A stretch of 64,000 bases of DNA from Pseudovirgaria hyperparasitica (Eukaryota). The notes below the pieces were generated by a model, which searched no databases, was not told where the DNA came from, and worked only from the letters and a program-made list of their open reading frames with translations. Positions 1 to 11,906 of this stretch are shown one piece after another. The DNA lies in assembly GCA_010093815.1 (NCBI GenBank), contig ML996568.1; one strand, written 5' to 3'. A program made the translations under genes and the position numbers. Numbering within the stretch: the stretch's first letter is position 1; each line of letters begins with the position of its first letter.

Positions 1-3000
1 GATAGAGGATTAGCTTTATTCTCTCTTCTAGCTTTATATAAGATTTTAAAGTTAAATATTAATATCCACTTAGCCTAACGTACTTATCGGCGATTAAGGA
101 CCTTAGTTAATATAAAGTAATATAGATTTACGTAATCTAATAATAATTCGATCTAATATACGGAGCCTTCTAAATAATATTACTATTACTTAAAACTTTT
201 AATAATTATAAGTAGTTTCTAGTCATACGTGTTATAACGCGTCTCTATATCCGCTATTTTATAGAAAAAGAAAGCGACCGGGTACTATTATACCTTATCT
301 TTCGTATCTTTATATAGTTAACTAATAATTCTAGTAATTACGAATTCTAACGCGTTAGTTTCGACCCGAATATACTTCTCGGGATTAAAATACCTAAGAA
401 TCGGCGTAGTTATAAAGTAATTCTTTAATGATCGGAACGTATCTCGCGCTTCCGGCGTTAACTATATCTCGACCGACTTAGCTTTACGCTATACTAGCCT
501 ATCTATAGGGATTTTACCGCTATTCTCTATAAGTTTATTAAGCGGCGCTGTAATTCGTAAGAAGCCTATAATGAATTTACGATAATAGTTTACGAAACCT
601 ATAAATATTCTAATTTAACGTATAGTAGTAGGTTCTAGCTATTCCATAATGGTCTTTACACGCTCCGGCTCTATTTTTAGGCCGCTATATATTATAATAA
701 AGCTAAGAAACCTAACTTCTTATTAGTGAAACTCGTATTTAGATAATTTTATATAGAGTTTATACTATCTTAGACGATTTAGTATCGATTTCACGTGTCC
801 TTTATAATCCTATATACTATTAGAGTAAATTAGTATATTATTAAGATAAACTACGTAAATCACGTTAAGTAATCCTATAAGTGTAGTATTAATATATCCT
901 TAAAACGCTCCTAGCGTATTTATTAGCCTAAATAGCATAATAGTATACTTAAAATGACTATATCTAGTCCGAAATGCGGTTTTCCACTTATCTCCGCGAC
1001 GAATTCGAAGCCGGTAATATATATCTCGTAAATCTAGCTTCGTAAAGTACTTTACCTTCGTTAATTAGTCTAAAGATTTACTAACTAGCGGTAATAGATG
1101 ACGATTCTTCTTAGTTACTATATTTAGTGCCCGATAGTCGACGTATAGACGTAAACTTCCGTCTTTCTTCTTTATAAAGAGAATAGGTACGCCGGCCGAT
1201 GACGTACTACGATATATCCAGCCTCTTTTAAGGTATTCTTTAATATATTTATAAAGAACTTCGAGTTCTAGTCTCGAAAGTAGGTAAAGTAGGCTATAAG
1301 GGACGTCTACTCCCTCTTCGAGCTCGATCTTTAGCTTATACGGCCCGTGATTAGGGAGAAATAATATATCTTCTACCGAAAACACATCCGTATACTACGA
1401 ATATACGTCGGGTAGCGTATCTTCGCCCTGATTATTACTATTATCCTCGTCTTTATTAATAATTAATAAGGACGTAAGATAGATTAGCGATAATCGGGTC
1501 CGTACGGCGAGGTTCTATGTCTCCTTACTAATAGTTATAACTTACTAGTATAATTTACTACGGTGTCGTCGGAACGTTAATATCTCCTTCTAAAAATTAA
1601 GAATAGGGTTTAGACGTCTAAGCTAAGGCATCCCTAGAATTATATTCTATTAGCTAATATTAGCCACGATAAATTTATTAGATATCTACTATTTTATTAT
1701 CTTTAAGTCATGAACTTCGTAATTCGTTATAGCTTTACCTAAAGTTCTAACTTTATATCCATTAACTATAATAGTTTAGCTAACTTTACTAAGATCGTAT
1801 AATAATCTATACTCCTTTATAAGAATCGACGAAATATAGTTATCTTCTATACTAGTATCCACGAGGGCCTATATAGTTTTATTACTATTTACTATAGGTA
1901 ATAATACTTTTAGTAATATTAGGTCTTTACTCACCGGAAGGCGCTACGGCTTCTCCTAAATATATATAATTTAGCTAAGGACGCGGTTAGGTCTCGTGTA
2001 CTAGCCTATTCTTTTTTTAGATTCTTATAGTTAGGTAAAATATATTCTATTTCTCTATACTTATAGTAATAAAGTACGCTATAATTCTACTATTTTATAA
2101 TAGGCGTTATATTTAAGCCTATGCCTTATTCTTTTCTATATTAAGAAGCACCGCCTCGATTATTTCGGTGTCCTCTTAACGCGTTTCTACCCCGATTAAC
2201 GCTCTTCTAGCGCTAATTACGGTAAGGTTACTCTTAATCGAATATATTTAATTAACCTTATTTCTAACCCGTATAGGGTTCGTCGGTTTTACCTAGAGAG
2301 CCGCGTTCCTTAAGGATGCGGTAGTATTTATTAGCTTTCTTCTCTAATTCGTGTAGATAGTTAAAACTTAATAATACTATTTCTAGTCTTTCGCGGATTA
2401 ACGGAAGTAGTACTTCGCGAAACTAGAATATACGAATATTTTCCTATAGTATAGGGATATTATTCTATAGGTTTTAGAGGTATTATGGTAGTTAAGTAGG
2501 TGTCTAGTTCGGTCGTTATGCCACGCTTCTTAACTTAGATAGTGCCTTTCTTTCACGTTCTCTATCCGTTCCGAGGGTGTTTAGTATAAATATAGCTAAA
2601 TATTCCTAGGTTATCGTAGATAGTAGCTGTACTTCCTTCTATCTATCCTATTAATCGCGGGATTATAAGTCTAGGTATCGTTCTCCGAACGAAATACGTT
2701 ATACTTTAGTAGAAAAGAGTAGAGGGTTATCGAGGAAGTACTTTTCGTAGTCTCTCTTCTAGTCTTTCTACTCCTTTTAGTTCTTCCCTATAAATATAGT
2801 CGGGTCTTTAGATTTTAGTATACCTAGGGAAGGAGTAGAGTAAATCGGTAACGAAGCGGCCGGGTATATAGTAGATTATCGCAACTCTAATGGTAGGTAA
2901 ACTAATTCCGCCTAAATTAGTATAGGAAGTCGTCTACCTACTATCGTTCGGCGTAGTTCTTTAAGAGACTCCTTAAGTTCTCGTCTCTTTACGAGGAGTT

Positions 3001-3300
3001 TTACGCGTTCTACCTATTCTTTAAGGGTTTAAATCTCTCGAGCCTAATTCGCGATATATTTCTAAAGTTTAGTAATAGTTTATTATAATACCTTGCGTGG
3101 CTCTACCACGACTTATTATCCGGCTTTATATTATTAGAAGTTACTTAGCGTATCTACTATTTCTTCGTCTAAAAGCTCCGTAATTTAGTCTAATATTTCT
3201 ACTTCTTAGTTAGAAACGGCTAGGATTAATACTAATTATAGAGGATCCCTATTATTTAATATAGTATTACTTATCCCTATAGTAGATCGTGTCGACCTTC
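1..3300 (-). mobile_element. RIP-inactivated Ty3/Gypsy LTR retrotransposon (gag-PR-RT-RNase H; continues past the left window edge)
   Basis: Minus-strand remnants occur in Gypsy order. Gag zinc knuckle at 2027-2068; protease ALVDTS (from DTG) at ~1850-1870; RT with ILFIKKKDGSLRLYVDYRALN (ORF 1065-1385) and YLNN (from YLDD) at 837-848; RNase H PILRYFNPEKYIRVETNA and PVAFF at ~200-410. Many in-frame stops are present. The right boundary is approximate. Confidence 0.93.
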
Positions 3301-5148
3301 TCGGTTCTAGTTAGACTATCTTAACTATAGTACTATATAGGGAGTAATTCGAATATAAGAATAGGGTTATTAGATAGTAGTATAGTTAGATAGAATAATA
3401 GGGTGTATTCTATTATAGAACGAATTACTACCGAACCCTTTCGGTAGAAATCTAAGAGTATATATATAAAGGGACGCCGATCTATCTAGCACGTGACTGT
3501 TTACTACCCTTCACGTTACCTTCTAACTCTATTAGCTAAGGTACGTGTAGATTGGGTTCTATCTAAGGCTAAGTTCTAATAGGATAGGTCTAGTATAGTA
3601 TAAACTAGACCGCGATAGAGTATAATAGACTCCTTCCTTATTATCTAGGTAATCTTCTATAGTTATACGGAATACCGTACTAGTTATTAGTACGATAGTC
3701 TATAGAGTATACTTATTAGTAGAGGTAGTCATAGGGAGACTATTCTCTTCGTTTAGATTTAGAGAGAGTCTCTCGTATAAGGTAGTACTACGGGTATTAT
3801 AGCGCGTAGTAGGAGCTATCTCTATAAGCTACCGTCGTACTATATAGAGAGGAATTAAAATATAAAGAGTAAAGACGTGGGATAGTAGTCTAATAGTTTA
3901 TAGAGAGATATAGGAATGTATTTATAGAGTAATCTTACTCTTATATAAGGTTAATTCCTAACGAGTAGGAATCGGTTTATATGGTCCACTTATATAGTAA
4001 CCTCGCTTAACTTAGCTAACTTAACCTAGCTCTAGCCACTACGTGGCTATATGGATTAGAATGGTCTATATAGGTCCATTATGGTTCCCGTCCTAATAAT
4101 ATCGCCTTACTATACTAGAGCTTACTCTAAATATTATTAATAATAACTCCTTAGTTACGGCCTTACTATCTTTACTCCTCCTATAATTTAAATAGCTATT
4201 TTAAGCGTCCCTTAAGGTTTAGATCTATAGATAATAATACTAGACTAGTAGAAACTATACTAGTAAGTAGTAATAGCGTAGGAGACTTCGGATTAGATAC
4301 TATAGTCTTCTTACGTCCTAGTAGCTAATAAGACTTATAGATAATAGTATTCTTAAAGGTAAGGAATATAGCCTCTAGTAGATCCTTTCTTACTAGGCTA
4401 TAGATCTTATTAAGGAAGGTAAGAAGCTTATTCTAGTTATCTAGACTCTAGTCTAGAAGTATTAACTATTTCCTAGTACGACTAGATATTCCGAGCTTTA
4501 TAGTAAAGTCTTAAGTCTTAAATAGCTAGTTATTAGTACTAAGAGCCTTATTAATTAACTACTAAATCTTCTCCTTATATAACTTCTTCTTAAACTTATA
4601 CTAGGCTTCCGTCTTTAGTAATATAGTCTTAATAATCTTTCTAAAACTATCTACTCTAAGTTACTAATTTATATAGATAGACTATATTATCTTATTAAGA
4701 GCCGCGTTATTATCCTATAGGTCCTTCTCCTTCTTCTCCTTAACTATATCTCTATAAACTAAAGTAGAGTTATTAGTATTATTAGATATATTACTTAGTA
4801 AGGCTAGAGGATCGCTCGATAAGGGTACGTTAGAGGGCGCTAGTAGTATATTTTTATACCTCGCCGCTATCTTCGTAGCCCTTAATACCTTATCTATACT
4901 ATACTAGAGCGCCTTTAACGTAGATATATATAGCTATAGTCTAGGAGGTAGTAGTAGAGGTTCTATTAAGTTATCCTATCCGAATTAAATACCTTTACGC
5001 TACTTAGGAGGTATAATAGATAGCGTAAAATAGTTAAAAAAACACTAATATATGGCTAATATCGTATAATACTAATATATAATAGGTATTTTAATAGGTA
5101 TGTGAGTATTTATCGACGATACTATAAAATATTAATTATATATAAAAA
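3300..5148. mobile_element. RIP-mutated sequence: probable LTR/leader (~3300-4000) plus a second unidentified degenerate element (~4100-5148)
   Basis: It has the same RIP dinucleotide signature. The minus strand at ~4500-4950 keeps codon-like K/E-rich runs (KEKKEKD), but no diagnostic motif was recognised and LTR ends cannot be resolved. Confidence 0.45.
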
Positions 5149-5287
5149 TGCGTGTTGGTGGCACAGACGTGCATCGGGCGCCAAGCTTTCCCATGTAACT
5201 ATGGACAAACGGATCTGGTTTCTTGGCGTTACAGGACTAACATCGCAACACCACTGCATGAGACAAGGAATGACAGTATCAGCGGTG

Positions 5288-6128
5288 ATGGCTCCGCTGA
5301 GCTTACAACACAGCCTGGTAGCTCAAATGAGTAAATTATCGCTTTCACGGCATCGCCACAATTGTAAATAAGCCCGACTCCCTCTGACTGGTAGCTAACT
5401 GTCCTGTAGCTCTCCTTCAGCTTCTCCATCCATCCTGCCAACAATGCAATCGAGCATTTTCTACTACACCTTCACAACTCGACTGGCTCATGCCCAAGCG
5501 CGGAGAAACCAGCAAGTCGCGCAAAGGTCGCCCACATGTCCAGACAGGTGGTAGCATGCGTGGAACAACTGTGGTCTGGGGCGACTATGGGCTGCGATTG
5601 CTAGATCATCATCGCCGAATCCCCGCCAAGCAGCTTCAAATTGCAGAAGCCACCATCAAGCAGCGCTTACGAGGTACAAGGTACAAACTTTACAAGCGTA
5701 TCTCGGCCAACATTGGTGTATATACGAGTGGTAATGAAGTGCGTATGGGTAAAGGCAAAGGAAGCTTCGATTATTGGGCGAGTAGAGTGGCTGTCAGCAA
5801 GATTATCTTCGAGCTCAAAGGAGATGCCCACGAGCAGGTCGTCCGTGACGCCTTCAGATTAGCTGGTGCCAAGCTACCTGGTAAGGTCAACGACGATATG
5901 TGATCTACCTATCTAATTTGATGAACAGGCATGTATGAATTTGTAAAGAAGGGCGACCCGCCAGTTATGGGCATCACAAAGTTAGGCAACGGAGTCACCG
6001 TGGAGGACCTACTGCGGCCTCGCAAGAAGCTACCAGTTGAAGTGACAGCAGCAGGGCTCCCTTCGACGTCTCCGAATGTCCCTGCTGCTGCAACTACATC
6101 GGCTGCAACTACATCGGCTGCATCGTGA
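5288..6128 (+). CDS. MRPL16: Mitochondrial ribosomal protein uL16m
   Basis: Exons 5288-5363, 5410-5880, 5929-6128 splice in frame. N-terminus is presequence-like (RAFSTTPSQLDWLMPK). L16 motifs RMGKGKGSFDYW and FRLAGAKLPG are present. Confidence 0.92.
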
Positions 6129-6528
6129 AGATACACCGTAAGAGCGGACTGCATGACTGGTCAGACTCTCTGCAATGTACATATATCAAATACTACTTCA
6201 TTGAGTACGGTATTTGAGAACTTTGTGGCATTATGTGGCGCGTACCTCTAGCACAAGGCTACTTATGAACCCATCATAACAGTAAAATTTGCTTGCATGC
6301 TGTCTCGAACCGGCCAAGTACACTGACGATGCTCAAAGCGGTTCTGCTGTACCATATATATTTGACGAGTGATTAGTACATATTGAGCTGGAGTAGCTAA
6401 AAAAAAGTATTGGGTATCAATGCTACTCCAGAATACTGAGCGTATACAAGAATCTCGACTCCACCAGCTTTATGCAGTGCAGCATCACTGCCAAGATGCG
6501 GAACGTCTCGTCATTATCATTATGGTCA

Positions 6529-9500
6529 TCATCGTTTGAACCAATTAAATCTTTGTTGATTCGCTGAAGCTGTGGCCTCCAGAGCCACGCTGCGCTCGTA
6601 GAGTTCCTAGATTTGCTCATTAGCAGCGCACTCGATACTGATGGAGTTCTACACTTACGTCATCACTTTTGGTCAGTTTGACCTCTAGAAACAGACTCCG
6701 TACCTCATCGTTTCTAGTTGTGGACGGGTACGGAGTGCCCTGCGCCCGTTGCATGCTTACGATCACTTCTCCCATAATCTCGAACTTCTTCCAATTAATC
6801 CTTTCCTTGCCTTGAACCCCAGTCGGAGGTGCCTCTCGTACATCCCCACGACCAGTAAAGACTGCTGTACCGGGATGTACGACAGAGAGTGTGGCGTCCG
6901 ACTTGCGCTCGCCGATAAAGGTAGAATTACCTTCGGCAGCAGACACGAGATCGCGCCGGTGCAGTGGAAGATACGGAATACGCTCGCCAGATGAATTGTC
7001 CCACGCCAACCGGTAGGCAAAGTGAGACCTTTGTGGATTCATGAGTATGTCCAATTTCATGAAATCTTTTGAGACGAGAGGGGGTATGAGTTCTCGTGTA
7101 GCAGCAAGCCTGTGAACAGGAGCTCCTTTGATACCCGCCAGTATGGCCCCGAGAGCATTGTAATTGTTCATTTCTCGAACTTTCTGTCGAATAATTAGCT
7201 ACACACTCAAGACATCCGGAATTTCGCCTACCCTTGCCAACCTCATGAATTTCTCCAGCATCAGCGCTCGATGCTTTGGCTTGTCCCGCAGTAGTATATA
7301 ATTAGTTACCCAGGCTGCAGTGTGGTTGAAATGCTCCGTCATGCGGTTGACGTTCTCAAGGCTGCGGCATTGCTTCTTTTGCTCGGCATTGAGGGTGACA
7401 TTGCGTACAAGATCTCGAGGTCTAATGGCTTGAAACATCACCCAGTCGATCCTCGTCAACTCGCGAGCTATATGCTCTTCATCGATGCCGATTAAGGTGT
7501 GCCATTGAACCTTGGTTAGACTCATCCGGGGAAGAGGCGTAAGCCCACGCGCTTGTCTTTGAGCCATCTCAACACCATTAAGTAAAGACTGGGGGCAGCT
7601 ATGGGCCGAAGTAGGAATTGAGACAGTGGAGGATCTTGGACCGCTTGCGAGCGAACGTGCATCATTCATGGATGCACTACCTGTGAGATGAGCATAATCC
7701 TCATCCCCCGAGTCTTCGTCTAACACAGAATTTGGATGCGCGAAGGACTTCACAGCCTCTTGTTGATCCCTGGCCTTGTCACAGCAGGCCCAATGGGTGT
7801 CATCATCTTCTGACACCGACTCCATATCAGTGGCCATCTCTTGTGCTGCTATAGAGAATATTCTTACTCCCATTAGTCGCGAGATGAACCGTTTGCACTT
7901 TCTCTGAGATGAAATGTACGCAAAATCGCCAGGATATATCCGAATCCACTGTTCTAGTATCGTGAGATGACGCAATTGGGAGATGGTTTTCAGCACTTGC
8001 GGTTTCTTGTCATTTTCGAGCGCCTGAAACCGCTCGATGATAGCATCTAGCAATTGTCCTGGAGTAGCAAACTTGCGGTAGAGAGCTAAGAAGATGGCCT
8101 GAAATTTGGTATCATTCTTCGACATTGGCAAGGCAAGTAAACGTGTGACTAATTGGTCAAATGTATAGCCAGTCTCGTCCGTGGGCATCTCAGAGACAAC
8201 GCTGCCTTCATGATCTGAGTGTTGCGCGCCCTCTGTGTCTGCAGAATCGTATCCAGGCGAGTCTTCCAGATCTAAGAACGTTTGGTGCGTTGTCTCAGCC
8301 GTCTGTGTCCTTTGATGTCTTCTATATAAGTTGGACGCCAATTTACTTGACCCTGTCTCAATAGGCTCGGGAGTGTGCATCCTCATTCTTATTCCAGAGT
8401 ATTCGGAACTAGCGCGCTCGTGCTTCTTTGCCCAAGGTTGCCCGTGCGCTCCATGTCGAACTGCAGACGAATTTGCTCTGCGACGTGCTGTCAAGAATGT
8501 TGGCTGCTCCCTAGTAGACATTATAGCCCGCAGAATGTATGATAGGCATACTTTATGCACTTCGTTGGTCTTCTCTGAGGCCTCAAATGTATGGATGTCA
8601 CCCATGAAGGTCCTCGCCCTGTCCACCACGTCGACCGGGTCGACTTTTCGCATCGCAGGGTGATTATCGCACTTCCAAGCCACAAGTGCGAAGGGAAGTG
8701 CAGCTTTATTCAGGGCATCTAGACAGTCAAATCAGTAAAGAGCGTGCTAGCTCGAATGACTAGAGAGACTCACTGAGCGTTTCAGGTATAGGCGCCAGGC
8801 TTTCCCGATTCATCACATCGTACAGAACACACGCTGCATCTATCCGTGGGGTAGCCATATCATCAATCGTATCTGGCCAGCATATACCATCATCTCCTGA
8901 AAGATTGGGAATGTCCTCCAAAGGTAATTCCACTAGTTGTATTAAATATACCTGCTCATCTATCGCCATCTTTCGCGCACTGAATGCTGAAGTAGGTGGG
9001 GTACGAAGTCCAAGGAGGCTCATGGTGAACGTTGTCTTGCCTACACTCGGTGCGCCCAGCACACATATATTGAGTTCTGGCATTCTCGAGGTCTCCGTTC
9101 CCTTTACAATATATGTCAGTTCACAGTCTCAAGTCAGAGAATCATCGTGTGGCTTACAGTCGCAGGTGTCCGAGGCGGACTTGATAGACGTGGAGGTTTC
9201 AGATGGGTTGGAGAGAGGGAGCCCTCAGCATCGGAGGAAGAGTTGCGCGAAAGCGCAGGTGAATGTTGGCGATCGGGGGCATCGCCGGAGATATTATATC
9301 TCTGAAAGAATGGATCTTGTGAGATCTCATAGTCCTCTCCTGGCTCACCGCCACGCTCGAGTTCCCTTGTATTGCCGAGACCGTGTCGCTCTAGATGTTG
9401 TGCATCATTGCTCGTATGCTGCTTCTCATGTGGCACTGAGGCTTTTCGTACTCGAACGTGGGGTGATTCGACTTTCTCACGACCGTCTTTGCGTAATTCA

Positions 9501-9556
9501 GGCGAAGATGTTCTGCTCGCGCGACTGCCGGCTCCGCTACTATTCTTCAGAGGCAT
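6529..9556 (-). CDS. Ras guanine-nucleotide exchange factor (REM + CDC25 domains) with N-terminal small-GTPase-like domain
   Basis: Spliced from ORFs 9134-9556, 8760-9083, 7199-8683 and 6620-7171, plus a last exon ELYERSV...WFKR* (stop 6529-6531). Motifs: REM FLALYRKFATP; CDC25 IARELTRIDW, MNNYNALGAI, IPYLPLHRRDL, INWKKF; P-loop GAPSVGKT. Confidence 0.88.
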
Positions 9557-10276
9557 ATCGACAAAGGTTGTAGGTGTCGTTCTGCCGTGTTACACCGGGG
9601 CGTCAATGTCTCGCGTGAGACCCTCTTCCCTCCAGAGATGGCCCACGAGACATTGGTGACAGATCAGATCGATGTTTCAACTTGAGCGTGTTGCGAATGG
9701 TATAGGGACGAGCAAATGAAGCTCCAACGACGAATGAGCACGAGTGATGTATTTGTTTTTAGGTGGAGACCTCGCTAGCTGTGCTGTCTCGGGTGGCTTG
9801 AAGAGGGGTCCTCCGTCCTCCTGAACGTGTCAAAAGGCCTCCATGTTGGGCTCGGCCTATGTTGCTTGTTGTTGTTAGATGATACTACATCGCTCAGATT
9901 TATTCTTCCGGAAGCAATCGAGTCGCTTTTGGTCTTCAAATACAGAAAACACGAGAACATGGCCGCATGCATGAGTTTTATTCAAACATTATAGTTATGT
10001 TATTCAATCGATCGACTGCTTGCGTTGCCTACGGCGTGTTGAACCGCATGTTTGAATCCTCCAAGACCCTCAGTTAACGATGGGAAATACTCTGCTTACT
10101 TTTGATTTCCAGTCGAGAATCCAAAAGAAGTCGGGACGATTGAGTCGACAGCAGCCCTCGGCCTCTTGTGTTCCAGCTAAGGTCTGATTTTGGACTAGCG
10201 AACTATGAGGTCTGTGCGAGCTCACCCATGAAATTCCGCACCTGCAAGCTTTTTCCCAAATTTCTTTCTTGCCGTC

Positions 10277-11204
10277 ATGCGACTCTTCCTCATTCGACAT
10301 GGAGAGACTGTCGATAACATTGCGCAGCTCTAGTAAGTGCCAGTACCAATCTAACGCTGATCTACTAACAAGGACTTACAGTGCTGGCAGTAGAGACTCA
10401 GAGCTCACCAACCACGGAGTCAGTCAAGCAACGCGCCTTGGTCAACATTTCAGGTCGACCGGCGTGAAGTTTACGCACATATTCTCTTCCCAACTTCAAA
10501 GGGCCTACAAGACTGCGGACATCGTTCGACAGGCTCAAAGCGGACCACTTGTATTACAATCGCCATTAATTGCGGAACAAGATTTTGGTTCATCAGAGGG
10601 AAAGTCATGGGCTAGTCGGGCATCTATTGATCCTGACATGAACGATCAGCCTGTAATACCGTCTGAATCCCGTGAATCTATGGAGTCTCGCGTCGACCAG
10701 TTTCTTGACTCTCATCTTGAGCCCATCATAGCACCAACCGACTCTACGGAGCAGATCATCGCCGTAGTCTCGCATGGGATCATTTTGGGGGTTTTATGGC
10801 GAAGAATTCTTCGGCGCCTTCCTCCCCAAAGTGTAACCCTGTCCCCTGAGATCGCCGCAACTAATGCCATGATCGTATTAGAACATCTTGGTCGATGGGG
10901 TAATACATGCTACCTTGAGCTTACTCTAACATCGAAGTCGGCGACTGGAGCGGGAATCGTCGCTATGACCACAAGCGGTACTCTAGCAGCTACCCTTCAG
11001 CCTATACCCAGAGATATGCAACCGGGCAATAACACAGCTTCACTCGTCAGTCATTTTGGTGAATTCACAACAACAATATCCCGAGTGAATGCTCGAGATC
11101 ACTTAAAGAGCCTCAAACGTACCGGTGGCGGCGTCGGAAGCGCCAAATACGACTCGAGCCAGCCCGGAATTGAAACGTTTTTCAAGAAACCTCGCAAAAC
11201 TTGA
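10277..11204 (+). CDS. Histidine phosphatase / phosphoglycerate mutase-family protein
   Basis: Exon 1 is MRLFLIRHGET (RHG motif), intron 10333-10381, then SSQLQRAYKTA, EQDFG and VVSHG. Confidence 0.9.
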
Positions 11205-11245
11205 ATCACTATCAACACACAGGTACGATCTTTCCTTACTATTCT

Positions 11246-11328
11246 CCAAATGATGAAACAACTTAATTCACAGACCTGTACTGAAATACTCATGTGGATC
11301 AAATTTTGTCCAACTGCTATCTGATATC
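11246..11328 (+). ncRNA. Box C/D snoRNA #1, dual guide (18S Gm1428-equivalent, snR56/SNORD25-like; LSU site equivalent to human 28S Cm2422)
   Basis: C box ATGATGA 11250-11256; guide TCACAGACCTGT 11268-11279; D' CTGA 11281-11284; C' ATGTGGA 11292-11298; guide GTCCAACTGCT 11308-11318; D CTGA 11321-11324. It lies inside an intron 11223-11386 (GTACGA...TGCTAAT...CAG). Confidence 0.85.
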
Positions 11329-11476
11329 GGCTACCGCATCATTATCATCGCACTGCGTACGACGTGTGAATGCTAATCATGGTCAGATATCTTGCCAATA
11401 TGTCGAGCTTACGTTCTAACACTAAATCCACAACTCCCTAAAGGTTCGTTTTATATCTCGCAAACCAATCTTTCCA

Positions 11477-11560
11477 CGACATGATGAAAAACTATCCATC
11501 ACAGACCTGTACCGAAAAAGTCATGTGGATACCATTTTTAAGCATAGTTCAGCTGATCTC
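11477..11560 (+). ncRNA. Box C/D snoRNA #2, dual guide (18S Gm1428-equivalent; 25S Am807-equivalent, snR39/snR59-like)
   Basis: C box ATGATGA 11481-11487; guide CATCACAGACCTGT 11497-11510; D' CCGA 11512-11515; C' ATGTGGA 11523-11529; guide GCATAGTTCA 11542-11551; D CTGA 11553-11556. It lies inside an intron 11444-11623 (GTTCGT...GCTAAC...TAG). Confidence 0.85.
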
Positions 11561-11906
11561 GCTTGTCAAACTATCTTTTGTGCTTCCAACTTGTGGATGA
11601 ACAAGGGCTAACACTTATCTTAGATCTACTAGTTGCAACAGCCACTCTTGTCGTAAGATACTGAGCGCGGAGTCTTGGTCTCGACGAGACTTCGAACTTC
11701 GAACTCCAGGCCTACGCCCCCGGATACCGAATTGAAGCTGCTTCAATTGTCACACGTGACATGTCGAAGCATCATCCTCTACTACCCATTTTCGTGAACG
11801 CCTTGATTGCTTGTTCCCGACATCCTTGGCGTGTGCGTCCATATCCTTGATTCCGTTATCGACATTCATGTCTGTCCCGTTCGTGACTCCAATCTTTCTT
11901 TGCACT

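Larger units (their letters stand above)
1..5148. repeat. AT-rich RIP-affected block
   Basis: CpA and TpG are almost absent, TpA is very abundant and CpG is retained. Normal composition returns abruptly at ~5148. Confidence 0.92.

Noticed and set aside
6086..6125. Small tandem duplications (15-bp in the MRPL16 tail; 10-bp x3 at ~38161; 12-bp x2 at ~54691)
   Set aside because: Ordinary slippage repeats with no spacers; not CRISPR-like.
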